The position numbers and the translations under genes are program-made. Below the pieces are notes generated by a model. The model searched no databases, had not been told where the DNA came from, and was given only the letters and a program-made list of their open reading frames with translations. From contig NIVC01001857.1 of the NCBI GenBank assembly GCA_002269645.1, positions 111,664-175,663 on the forward strand: a stretch of DNA of 64,000 nucleotides, written 5' to 3'. Shown here one piece after another: positions 42,001 through 53,330 of the stretch. The stretch is from Macrostomum lignano. Its lineage: Eukaryota. The stretch's first letter is position 1; the number at the start of each line of letters is the position of its first letter.

Positions 42001-42671
42001 TCTTTTCTAATTCGCATTAGTGTTACCTTAGATACCACCTCAGTCTATCTTTCATTGATCATAAATAACAATTCGATCTGTTAAACAAATAAAGAACGAA
42101 ACCGATTAGCAGAGAAAGAGCGAAGGCAAGAAGTTTGGAAAACGGGTTTTAAAGGGATTTAAAAGATTAGGAATGAACGCCAGGTTTAAAAAGTCTTGTA
42201 TACAGCAATCAATAGAGCCATATTTTATAATGAATAAAATAGTACAACTGACACTTAGATGCGACAATGTTAAAGAGGCATGGAAGATACCAAATGAATA
42301 GGATACAGAATTTATCAACCGCAAACCTACTGGATTCATAGAAAAGAACCAGAATACAAAACACAAATATTAGTATTGGTTTGAATTTAATTAATTATTT
42401 AATAGGTCAATAATGTGTGTCATTCTTATTCACAGCACCACAAAATCGGATTTAATCTCGAATAGATAACAAACATGATACTTGTAAGGTCGGTCCTATT
42501 GTTTCAGTTAAGCTTTAGTTAAGCTACTAGGACAGGTTCTTTGTCATTTCTACTACTACTAGTAGAAAATTTAGCGTTTTATCAAAAAATAAATAAAAGT
42601 ACTTTTCTCCTACTAGAAGTAGTGCAACGTAGAAAAAATTGTCATAGTTATTGGTAGATGGTTAAAATTTC

Positions 42672-45600
42672 TCAGTCGACAAGCTGAACATAATTAGCCG
42701 GAAACATGCCGCGCTCTCCGGCCTGGTTGATGCCGACCCACCAGCCTTCGTCGATCATCTCCACCTGGGTAATGGTTTCGCCCTCTGCTATTGTTAGCTC
42801 ATCGTCGTCTTCTGCAAATACAAACAGTAGTTGACAGAATTGGCATTGCATGTTGTCATGGTAACTAGCTGATAAAGGACAACCATTGACGCGTGTCTTT
42901 TGGTTGCCAAGCGCGATAATTTGCCTAAGGAAATTTTTTATTGTCTAGGGCGATTTTTATGAGTGTCTATGGGAGATTCTTATGACTGTCTATGGGCGAT
43001 TCTTACAACTGTCTATGGGCGATTCTTTTGACTGTCTATGGGAGATTCTTATGACTGTCTATGGGAGAATATTTTGACTGTCTATGGGCAATTCTTATGA
43101 GTGTCTATGGGCGATTTTTATGACTGTCCATGGGCGATTCTTACAACTGTCTATGGGCGATTCTTATGACTGTCTGTGGGAGATTCTTTTGACTGTCTAT
43201 GGGCGATTCCTATGAGTGTCTATGGGCGATTCTTATGACTGTCTATGGGAGATTCTTTTGACTGTCTATGGGCGATTCTTATGACTGTCTATGGGCGATT
43301 CTTATGACTGTCTATGGGCGATTCTTGTGACTGTCTATTGGCGATTCTTATGACTGTCTATGGGCGATTCTTATGACTGTCTATGGGCGATTCTTATGAC
43401 TGTCTATGGGAGATTCTTTTGACTGTCCATAGGCGATTCTTATAACTGTCTATGGGAGATTATTTTGACTGTCTATAAGCGATTCTTATGACTGACGACG
43501 ATTTTTTGACTCACCGGCAATGTACTCGTACAAAGCCACAGCGGTCCGGTACTGCACTATGTCTGTGTTAGCATAGATTGCTTCATCATCATCCTCATCG
43601 ATGGCAGTCTCCGTTGGCTCCTGCGCAGGCGCTGGCATCGGCGGCACCACCTCGGGCACCGGAGGCTCGGCAGACGGCATCTCGGGTTCGTCAGCCTCAG
43701 CATAGATCTCCTCCTCCCAGTCTTCCTGCGGCTCAGGCTGCTGCTGCGGTTCAGGCTGCTGCTGCGGCTCCTGGCGCCTCGGTGGGGGCAGCTGCGGAGG
43801 AACGGGCGGCGATTCAGGCTGCCGTCTTGTGTCTTCTTCTTCGGCAGCACCGGAAATTTCCGCTCGAGGATCGACCCGCTGATAGCTGCTTGGTTGAGGC
43901 TCTGATTCTTCTCGTACAGTTTCAGCCTGCTGTCTTTCAATTTCTGCGCGCGGATCAACGCGCTTATAATTGGTGCCAACCGGCTGTGGCGGGTCCTGCG
44001 CGTGACCGCGCGTCAGGTTTGCGATTTCTGCGCGCGGATCAACGCGCTTATAGCCGCTGCCTACTGTCTGAGGCGGCTCCTCCGCGTGACCGCGCGTCAG
44101 GTTTGCGATTTCTGCGCGCGGATCAACGCGCTTATAGCCGCTGCCTACTGGCTGTGGCGGCTCCTCCGCGTGACCGCGCGTCAGGTTTGCGATTTCTGCG
44201 CGCGGATCAACGCGCTTATAGCCGCTGCCTACTGGCTGAGGCGGCTCCTCCGCGTGACCGCGCGTCAGGTTTGCGATTTCTGCGCGCGGATCAACGCGCT
44301 TATAGCCGCTGCCTACTGGCTGAGGCGGCTCCTCCGCGTGACCGCGCGTCAGGTTTGCGATTTCTGCGCGCGGATCAACGCGCTTATAGCCGCTGCCTAC
44401 TGGCTGAGGCGGCTCCTCCGCGTGACCGCGCGTAAGACTGGCAATCTCAGCTTTAGGATCGATTCGTTTATAACTGGTGCCAACTTTCTGCGGTCCCACG
44501 TCTTCGGCTTTGCTGTCTTTGGTTAGACTTTCAATTTCTGCTTTTGGATCGATTCGTTTATAGCTGGTGACAGTCCTTTGCGGAACGTCCTCGGTTTTAT
44601 CCTTAGTTAGGCTGGCAATCTCAGCTTTAGGATCGATTCGTTTGTAGCTCGTGCCGATCCGCTGCTGACCAACTGCCTCATCGCCCGCCGGCTTCTCCTT
44701 GGCCAGACGGGCCAGCTCTGCGCCCGGGTTCACCCGCTGATAAACGCTGGCTGCCGGCTTCTGCGGCTTCATTGGCGCTTCGCGTCGCTGAGTAGCCAGA
44801 TTTTGCACCTCAGTCTGGCGCTGACGGCGAAGCTCCTCGGCGCGTCGGCGACGCTCTTCGGCGTCGCGCATAGCTGCCGCTTCGGAGTATTCGGCGCCCT
44901 GTTTGACTGCGCCAGCCGCGTAGTTCGAGCCAGATGAGCCACCCACCTTCTTCAGCACGTCCTGCGGGTTGGAAGGGGTGCTTGCAGTGACCCTCTCCTG
45001 ACTTCTCAGTGACCCCTCCTGACTACTCAGCTGACCCTCTCCTGACTAGTCAGCTGACCCTCTCCTGACTAGTCAGCTGACCCTCTCCTGACTAGTCAGC
45101 TGACCCTCTCCTGACTAGTCAGCTGACCCTCTCCTGACTAGTCAGCTGACACTCTCCTGACTAGTCAGCTGACCCTCTCCTGACTAGTCAGCTGACCCTC
45201 TCCTCCTGACTAGTCAGCTGACACTCTCCTGACTAGTCAGCTGACACTCTCCTGACTAGTCAGCTGACCAGTGACCCACTTAATCTGGGATTTCCGCCCA
45301 TCAAACCTTCTCGTCCAAATCGTCCTCATTGCGAGCCTCCAAGCGCACGTGAATCGCCGGACAGAGCCGCTGCACCTCGTTTGTGTGAGAGCTGCTCATG
45401 GCTTTGATTTTCTCGAGCGCTCCCTCGCCTTGCCAGGTGATGAAAACGAACTTATTCAACTTGGTGTTGGGGTCTTTGACCCGGACGAAGCCGTACTGCA
45501 CTTTGCTGCCGTTGAATTCGTCAGCCATGCCGGAGATACCGTCGTCTATGGGGGATGGTAGTTGGCGGATTCGCTGTTCGAATTCCAGGTTTGAGTAGCT

Positions 45601-46760
45601 CTGCTGGCCCAGCAACTGAAGATCTGGGAGCCTGGCCCAGCAACTGAGGATCTGGGAGGCTGGCCGAGCAACTGAGGATCTGGGAGGCTGGCCCAGCAAC
45701 TGAGGATCTGGGAGGCTGGCCCATCAACTGAGGATCTGGGAGGCTCTCAGGATGGCCCATCAAGTGACACTCTGGGAGACTGGCCCAGCAACTGAGGGTC
45801 TGGGAGGCTGGCCCAGCAACTGAGGATCTGGGAGGCTGGCCCAGAAACTGAGGATCTGGGAGGCTGGCCCAGAAACTGAGGATCTGGGAGGATGGCCCAG
45901 CAACTGAGGATCTGGTAGGCTGGCCCATCTACTGAGGATCTGGGAGGCTGGCCCAGCAACTGAGGATCTGGGAGACTGGCCCAGCAACTGACACTCTGGG
46001 ACGCCGGCCCAGCAACTGAGGATCTGGGAGGCTGGCCCAGCAACTGAGGATCTGGGAGACTGGCCCGGCAACTGAGGATCTGGGAGGCTGGCCCAGCAAC
46101 TGAGGATCTGGGAGGCTGGCCGAGCAACTGAGGATCTGGGAGGCTGGCCCAGCAACTGAGGATCTGGGAGGCTGGCCGAGCAACTGAGGATCTGGGAGGC
46201 TGGCCCAGAAACTGAGGATCTGGGAGGCTGGCCGAGCAACTGAGGATCTGGGAGGCTGGCCCAGCAACTGAGGATCTGGGAGGCTGGCCGAGCAACTGAG
46301 GATCTGGGAGGCTGGCCCAGAAACTGAGGATCTGGGAGGATGGCCCAGCAACTGAGGATCTGTGAGGATGGCCCAGCAATTGAGGATCTGGAAGGCTGGC
46401 CCAGCAACTGACACTCTGGGACGCCGGCCCAGCAACTGAGGATCTGGGAAGACAGAGACATGCCAGAAACTGTCAAGGTTCACTCACCGCCTGTTTCAAC
46501 CACCTTCAAATCGAAGGTCTGTCCTTCGTAGCCAAAGACTACCCTGTAGGAAATAAATGTTAGAGCATGTATAAGAAATTACTAATAAGATGACAAGTAA
46601 AATACAGCATAGTTACTCGCTGTTTACCCCAGCAAATCCTGTATGAAAACGATAAAAAAGGCTAACTAATTTACCAATTGATTTTTCCTTCCTGGGCGGC
46701 AACATCGGCAATGGCCGATCTGATTTCGTTTCCATGTCGGTTCAGATTCAGGTTTGCCAT
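42672..46760 (-). CDS. DBNL: Drebrin-like protein / Abp1 (ADF-H + repeat region + Pro-rich/acidic + SH3), 655 aa; complement(join(42672..42811,43515..44961,45307..45545,46488..46543,46675..46760))
   Basis: Five exons with GT-AG boundaries give one continuous 1968-nt frame. ADF-H: MANLNLNRHGNEIRSAIADV..W|VVFGYEG..|DDGISGMADEFNGSKVQYGFVRVKDPNTKLNKFVFITWQGEG..ARNEDDLDEK|DVLKKVGGSSGSNY. SH3: ALYEYIA|EDDDELTIAEGETITQVEMIDEGWWVG..GMFPANYVQLVD. The domain order is diagnostic of Abp1/DBNL. Confidence 0.95.
42945..43495. repeat. 23-bp minisatellite CTATGGGCGATTCTTATGACTGT filling DBNL intron 4
   Basis: About 23 copies, ending ~15 bp from the donor. Confidence 0.95.
43850..44750 (-). repeat. Coding tandem repeat in DBNL exon 4: 11 copies of Y[KQ]R[VI][DN]PxAE[IL]; five central 84-bp units nearly identical
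   Basis: Translation of the 43486-44958 ORF; 84-bp nucleotide periodicity at ~44000-44430. Confidence 0.95.
44985..45270. repeat. 23-bp minisatellite CTGACTAGTCAGCTGACCCTCTC in DBNL intron 3
   Basis: About 11 copies; each contains the perfect 12-bp palindrome CTGACTAGTCAG. Confidence 0.95.
45600..46450. repeat. 28-bp minisatellite GGCTGGCCCAGCAACTGAGGATCTGGGA in DBNL intron 2
   Basis: About 30 copies. Confidence 0.96.
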
Positions 46761-46904
46761 TTATTCAGTCGGTTTTGTTTCAAATTTGACAATTATAAAG
46801 TCTGTGTTAGCAATGAGCATGAATTTAGAAATTATTCAATTCAAAATATTTTCTAAACTTTATTATAAGAGTTGAAAAGGATTGATTATGGACAAAAAAT
46901 CTAC

Positions 46905-47305
46905 AGGTGAGATTCTAGTTGGGACTGTCTATAGGTAAGATTCTAGTTTAGACTGTCTATAGGTGAGATTCTAGTTTAGACTGTCTATAGGTGAGATTCT
47001 AGTTGAGACTGTCTATAGGTGAGATTCTAGTTGAGACTGTCTATAGGTGAGATTCTAGTTGAGACTGTCTATAGGTGATATTCTAGTTGAGACTGTCAAT
47101 AGGCGAGATTCTCAGTGAGACTGTCTATAGGCGAGATTCTAGTTGAGACTGTCTATAGGTGAGATTCTAGTTGAGACTGTCTATAGGTGAGATTCTAGTT
47201 GAGACTGTCAATAGGCGAGATTCTCGGTGAGACTGTCTATAGGTGAGATTCTAGTTGAGACTGTCTATAGGTAAGATTCTAGTTTAGACTGTCTATAGAT
47301 GAGAT
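46905..47305. repeat. 28-bp minisatellite CTATAGGTGAGATTCTAGTTGAGACTGT
   Basis: About 14 copies between SCOC and DBNL. Confidence 0.95.
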
Positions 47306-48249
47306 TCTTAAGCGATGTACAGCTGAAATTACTGAGGCTACTCAAATTTGGTATATCTATAAAAAAACAGCGCACGTCGAAGCTGTCAGTCAGATGCGAA
47401 TTAATTAAGAGTATTTAATATATTTAGATACTAAATCATGATCTTTAACGATAAAAACTTGCGAGTGGCAGCAATAATGTCTTTACTAACGCGAAAGAAA
47501 TTTATATAAACAAAAGCTTTACAAATATTAAAACAAATTTATAATATATAATAAACATGAGAAACAAATTAAAACAAACTGTAAAAAGAGTTCGAACAAA
47601 GGAAGCCTAAGAAAGTAGCAAAGCATAGCTAATTATGCCTACTTGCAGTAGCTTGTAAGTATTGCACAGGCTAAATTGCAAATATATATATATATTGTTT
47701 TACTGCATTAGAATGAATTAAATCTACATCGTACATGCGGTGTTAACCATGGTAAGACAAAACTATTAATGTGGAGATAATAAATGAAAAATATTGTTAT
47801 TATATACAAGCTAATGCATAGCAGATTATAGTTAGCAACAAGAAAAAAAATGGTATATAAAGCGAATGAAACTACAATGAGGGATGTAAAAGTTATTTGT
47901 CTTAAAAAAATTCCCACTTTACTTAAGAGAAGCTTATGTAAAAAAATACTGATCAGTGAGTGAAATACAAGACAACGGACACAAAAAAAACGTTTTGAAA
48001 TACAAACGTTCAAATGTTTTTGTTAACTCGAAATCATGCGACAGCGCTTGATTATATGTTTGATTATTGATTGTTCTCTGACTTTATCGTCAGCACCTGC
48101 AAGTTAAGCAAAGCTGGCCGCGGTTAGTACGCATCTGCTAATTATGCATCTCAGAATGCAACTCATTTAGAATTAGTTCAACACAGTTTCTATATTATCT
48201 ATAGACCATGAATCTAAGTGTCCCCGTCCATCTGCTACAATCTAGTTAT

Positions 48250-48618
48250 CTATGGCTCCGCCCGCTTCTTTCCAATCGATGGCTGAGCGGCGGCAGAAGC
48301 GCGGCCCCGTTTGGACTTGGGACTGCCGGCACTGAACACGGAACTGGCGGCCATCAGGTTCTCAATGTACTGGCCAAGGACTCTGTTCTCGTTTCTTAGT
48401 TTGAGATTCTCTTCTTTGACGCTGTCAACTCGGGAGCCCAGGTCTTCTAAAGTGTTCTGCAGTTCGAGTATCTGCGATACTAACCGGGCTTTCTCCTCTT
48501 CGTCCGCTTCATCGCAGCAGCCGCCGCCGCTTCCCAGCTCCGACCATCGGATGGTCGAAGCTTCATCTTCCTCAGTGTCTGTTGCTGCTGCGGCTGCCGC
48601 TGCTTCAGAGTCGGACAT
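48250..48618 (-). CDS. SCOC: Short coiled-coil protein (SCOC / UNC-69 family), 122 aa, single coding exon
   Basis: [56 protein letters not shown] is the characteristic SCOC/UNC-69 coiled coil. ATG at 48618; the track's longer start is a non-ATG codon. Confidence 0.95.
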   Translation of the reverse strand: MSDSEAAAAAAATDTEEDEASTIRWSELGSGGGCCDEADEEEKARLVSQILELQNTLEDLGSRVDSVKEENLKLRNENRVLGQYIENLMAASSVFSAGSPKSKRGRASAAAQPSIGKKRAEP

Positions 48619-48769
48619 AATGTACTCTTTTCTTCTTCTTTTAATAAACGATTTTTTCAGCAAATGAGATTCTAATAGCATGCAATACAGATGGTAATTT
48701 AGTCAATTAGAAATTTTATGGAATTCGGTTAAATATTATAAGGATTCCGCAAGTGTCCTGCGACAAAAT

Positions 48770-49365
48770 GTCCTGTGATCTTCAGGGCGCTACAATAACC
48801 TGTCCTGTGACCGCCAGGTGCTACAATAACCTGTACTATGACCTTCAGGTTGCTACAACAACCTGTCCTGTAACCTTCAGGTAGCTACTACAGCCTGTCC
48901 TGTGATCTTCAGGGTGCTAAAACAACCTGTCCTACGACCTTCAGGTTGCTACAACAACCTGTCCTGTGACCTTCAAGGTGCTACAATAACCTGTACTATG
49001 ACCTTCAGGTTGCTACAACAACCTGTCCTGTAACCTTCAGGTAGCTACTACAGCCTGTCCTGTGATCTTCAGGGTGCTACAACAACCTGTCCTACGACCT
49101 TCAGGTTGCTACAACAACCTGTCATGTGACCTCCAGGGTGCTACAACAACCTGTCCTGTGACCTTCAGGGTGCTACAACAACCTGTCCTATGAACTTCAG
49201 GGTGCTACAACAACCTGTTCTCTGACCTTCAGGGTGCTACAACAACCTGTCCTATGAACTTCAGGGTGCTACAACAACCTGTTCTCTGACCTTCAGGGTG
49301 CTACAACACCCTGTCCTATGAACTTCAGGGTGCTACAACAACCTGTCCTCTGACTTTCAGTGTGC
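48770..49365. repeat. 32-bp minisatellite CTACAACAACCTGTCCTGTGACCTTCAGGGTG
   Basis: About 18 copies. Confidence 0.95.
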
Positions 49366-49724
49366 AAGAACCTTTAGAACCTTTAGAATGCTACAAAAGT
49401 TCTCCGGCCTCATGGGTCACATACTTGGAGTATATATCCTTGTCCAATCTTAAAGGTGGTTACACTGGATATTACAAATTAAATCATTAATATCACTAAA
49501 TTTAATAATAGCACAAAATCGTTATACAAACACGAAAGTATACAGACAAGACTCTATATAGGAAGCAAGCAATATATACGAAACAGATTGTTTACATTTC
49601 AGCAACTTCACAGAGCCGTATCAACCTAATTGGACCAGAACTAATATATACAGACAATTCGATTCTAAAACAAATAAAATATTAAAATGCGTTTCAATGG
49701 TAATTAATTTTGTAAGCTAGTAAG

Positions 49725-50013
49725 GTTGAGCGATTTTCCAGACTGTCTGGGGCGATTTTCTAGACTGTCTCGGGCGATTATCTCGAGACTGTCTGGGGGG
49801 GATTTTCTAAACTGTCTGGGCGATTTTCCAGATCGTCTGGGGCGATTTTCTAGACTGTCTCAGGCGATTTTCCAGATCGTCTGGGGCGATTTTCTAGACT
49901 GCCTCAGGCGATTTTCCAGACTGTCTGGGGCGATTTTCTAGACTGTCTCGGGCGATTTTCTAGACTGTCTCGGGCGATTTTCTAGACTCTCCTGGCCGAT
50001 TTTCTAGACTGTC
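49725..50013. repeat. 22-bp minisatellite CTGGGGCGATTTTCTAGACTGT, last unit overlapping the NME6 stop codon
   Basis: About 13 copies; the unit GATTTTCTAGACTGTC at 49998-50013 includes the CTA (minus-strand TAG) at 50004-50006. Confidence 0.93.
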
Positions 50014-51976
50014 CTGGTTGACGAAGCTGAACAAACATTGATTTGAAATTCATCTGATAATGAAAATTTTGTCCTAAAAAATTTCGCCTCAATAGCGGCC
50101 GTCTCAACCGAGTCCGAGCCGTGGAAACCGTTTCTAGTGTCCGACAGGCCAATGGCGGCTCGCAGACAGTCTGGCCGCTCTATTAGGGCGCGATACACCT
50201 GCGGGAATGAGGGATTAGAGAAGGGATAAGGGAGGGTTCTCTCAGAGTGGGATTAGGGACGGTTCTCTCAGAGTGGGATTAGGGACGGTTCTCTCAGAGT
50301 GGGATTAGGGACGGTTCTCTCAGAGTGGGATTAGGGACGGTTGTCTCAGAGTTAGATTAGGGACGGTTCTCTCAGAGTGGGATTAGGGATGATTCTCTCA
50401 GGGTTGGATTAGGGATGATTCTCTCAGGGTGGGATTAGGGATGATTCTCTCAGGGTTGGATTAGGGATGATTCTCTCAGGGTGGGATTAGGGACGGTTCT
50501 CTCAGAGTGGGATTAGGGACGGTTGTCTCAGAGTTAGATTAGAGACGGTTCTCTCAGAGTGGGATTAGGGACGGTTCTCTCAGAGTGGGATTAGGGATGA
50601 TTCTCTCAGGGTTGGATTCGGGATGATTCTCTCAGGGTGGGATTAGGGATGATTCTCTCAGGGTGGGATTCGGGATGATTCTCTCAGGGTGGGATTAGGG
50701 ATGATTCTCTCAGGGTTGGATTCGGGATGATTCTCTCAGGGTGGGATTAGGGATGATTCTCTCAGGGTGGGATTAGGGATGATTCTCTCAGAGTGGGATT
50801 AGGGATGATTCTCTCAGGGTGGGATTAGGGATGATTCTCTCAGAGTGGGATTAGGGACGGTTCTCTCAGAGTGGGATTAGGGACGGTTGTCTCAGAGTTA
50901 GATTAGGGACGGTTCTCTCAGAGTGGGATTAGGGATGATTCTCTCAGGGTGGGATTAGGGATGATTCTCTCAGAGTGGGATTAGGGATGATTCTCTCAGA
51001 GTGGGATTAGGGATGATTCTCTCAGAGTGGGATTAGGGACGGTTCTCTCAGAGTGGGATTAGGGACGGTTGTCTCAGAGTTAGATTAGGGACGGTTCTCT
51101 CAGAGTGGGATTAGGGATGATTCTCTCAGGGTGGGATTAGGGATGATTCTCTCAGAGTGGGATTAGGGATGATTCTCTCAGAGTGGGATTAGGGATGATT
51201 CTCTCAGAGTGGGATTAGGGACGGTTCTCTCAGAGTGGGATTAGGGACGGTTCTCTCAGAGTGGGATTAGGGACGGTTGTTTCAGAGTTAGATTAGGGAC
51301 GGTTCTCTCAGAGTGGGATTAGGGATGATTCTCTCAGGGTTGGATTCGGGATGATTCTCTCAGGGTGGGATTAGGGATGATTCTCTCAGGGTGGGATTCG
51401 GGATGATTCTCTCAGAGTGGGATTAGGGAGGGTTCTCTCAGAGTAGGATTAGGGACGGTTCTCTCAGAGTGGGATTAGGGATGATTCTCTCAGGGTGGGA
51501 TTCGGGATGATTCTCTCAGAGTGGGATTAGGGAGGGTTCTCTCAGAGTAGGATTAGGGACGGTTCTCTCAGAGTGGGACTAGGGACCGAGTCTCACAGTG
51601 GAATTGTCCCAACTTTAAATGGGCAAGCGATTTACTCTAAAAACAAGCTTCGAACCTTAGTTGGCCCAATAATGTGTCGCCAGCGTTGCACAGCGAGCTC
51701 GCCAGCAAGTAGATAGACGCCAGTATCGCCACACAGTAAATAATTAGTCAGCCGATTATAGAAGAACTTGTTCCTGTGCTCAGCATAGAATTCCATAGCC
51801 AATTGGCGAGTGAAACGAACTTCAGCCCGACTGACAATGTCTATGCCTTCTGCTGCTAATTTAGACTCAACAAATGCTACAAGAGGCTTGAACCTGTAGA
51901 CATCTGGCTTGAGCAGGGCTAGTGTAACCTGCCAAGCCTGACTCCTGGCAGTTGTGGGCAGGTTTACTGATGGCGG
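50004..51976 (-). CDS. NME6: Nucleoside diphosphate kinase 6 (NME6); complement(join(50004..50198,51656..51976)), no genomic ATG at the 5' end
   Basis: Manual translation: PPSVNLPTTARSQAWQVTLALLKPD..EFYAEHRNKFFYNRLTNYLLCG..WRHIIGPTK|VYRALIERPDCLRAAIGLSDTRNGFHGSDSVETAAIEAKFF. TLALLKPD, FYxEHxxKFFY and GLxDTRNxxHGSDS (catalytic His) fit the NME6 subgroup. Donor AAG|GTTCGA, acceptor CCCGCAG|GTG, phase 0. Exon 1 is absent from the ORF track. Confidence 0.93.
50222..51600. repeat. 26-bp minisatellite GGGATTAGGGACGGTTCTCTCAGAGT (~53 copies) filling the NME6 intron
   Basis: Direct; most units contain TTAGGG. Confidence 0.97.
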
Positions 51977-53284
51977 CTAAAACATTGACAAAACACTAAA
52001 ACATTGACTGGACTGCATTACAAAATAAATTTAGAACATAAAGAGAAGATAAAATGAAATTTTCAAACTGATTTAATTTAAATACCAAACACAAATATTT
52101 CTAGTAAAAAATTATGCCTATCTCACTACCTTACAATTAGCCAGTAGTGCTAATTTATGGTTGAACAAATTTATTCTAGATAAATTGCTATCAAAGCAAT
52201 TATAAATGTGGACTGACTTTCATTACTCAATTCTTAATGTTTCAATTCTCCCTAAAGCAATAACACATCAAATCTATCTGAGCACAATATATTCAAAATT
52301 GCTCAAACACCCTTACCTTTCCTTAAGATGTGTTATATATTGTCCAATCCTTAATTATCTTATTTCATTTATGAGCCACAAGCTCACAACCCTTAAAACT
52401 CTCAACTTTTCAAACTAAACTTCTCCATGCTTTCTAAACTCTTCTTAAATCTTAACACAATATGCTTGATTGCTATATCTCCAATCTCTTTACCTGTACT
52501 TACAACACAACTATCCTTAATTATTTCTCTATTTATAAGCCATAGCACTAATATCCAACCTGACTTATCCTAAATCTTTGCCTTACATTAAAGCAATTAT
52601 TTGGTATTTAGATCATTCACTTTTTTATTTTAATTCAAACCATACATTTGGTTGATTTAGTTTGATTCTAAGGTGTCCAAAAAATTAGATTTTTGATTTC
52701 TAGATCTTTAGGGCTTTTAAGAATTCTTATAGGTTAAATCTAGAATATTTCCAGATTAGATTTTTATAGGTTTTAAATAATTGTTTGATTTAAATACAAA
52801 AAGATTATCAATCAATATGACAAAAGCATAGATTTACAAATCTAAATATAATGACTTTAAAACATTTTATAAGAGTTCTATTGGTTTAGCAAAATATAAG
52901 TCTAAGTTATGAGTATAATGTCTAATAAATATACCTATTGTTCTTTCATGAACTTAATCAAAAGTTTTTATTTTACATTGATTTAACTTTACTTTAATGC
53001 TTTCAAGGGTTTTCTAGGTTTTTCTAGGTTGCAAATACCTAGAAATTCTATCTTTATTAGAATATTAAACATAAGATAACAAGAAAAGATCTAAGAAATT
53101 TTTGAAAGAGAAGGCTAAGCTATACCTTACTAATAATTATATTGATCTTTTTTTATAATTTAAGACTAGGCTAGGCCCTAATATTAATTTAAAATTAAAG
53201 GTAGGCCTAACTAGCCTAGAAAAGTTTATGGCAATTTGTGAATATAAAATATACTATAAAAATATTATATTCTGCCTCATACAT

Positions 53285-53330
53285 GCGCAACCTTGGGAAT
53301 CACTCGGCCGGGTGAATCCCTAGGTTGCGC
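53285..53330. other. 46-bp near-perfect GC-rich palindrome
   Basis: GCGCAACCTTGGGAATCACTCGG|CCGGGTGAATCCCTAGGTTGCGC; 23-bp arms with 3 mismatches and no loop. Confidence 0.85.

Noticed and set aside
43486-43514. C-terminal GESKNRRQS* of the 490-aa ORF
   Set aside because: This is intron read-through after the GTGAGTC donor; the SH3 is completed by the exon at 42672-42811.
48619-48681. N-terminal extension of SCOC in the ORF track ([10 protein letters not shown]..)
   Set aside because: It starts at a non-ATG codon in AT-rich sequence spanning a likely acceptor; the first ATG is at 48618.
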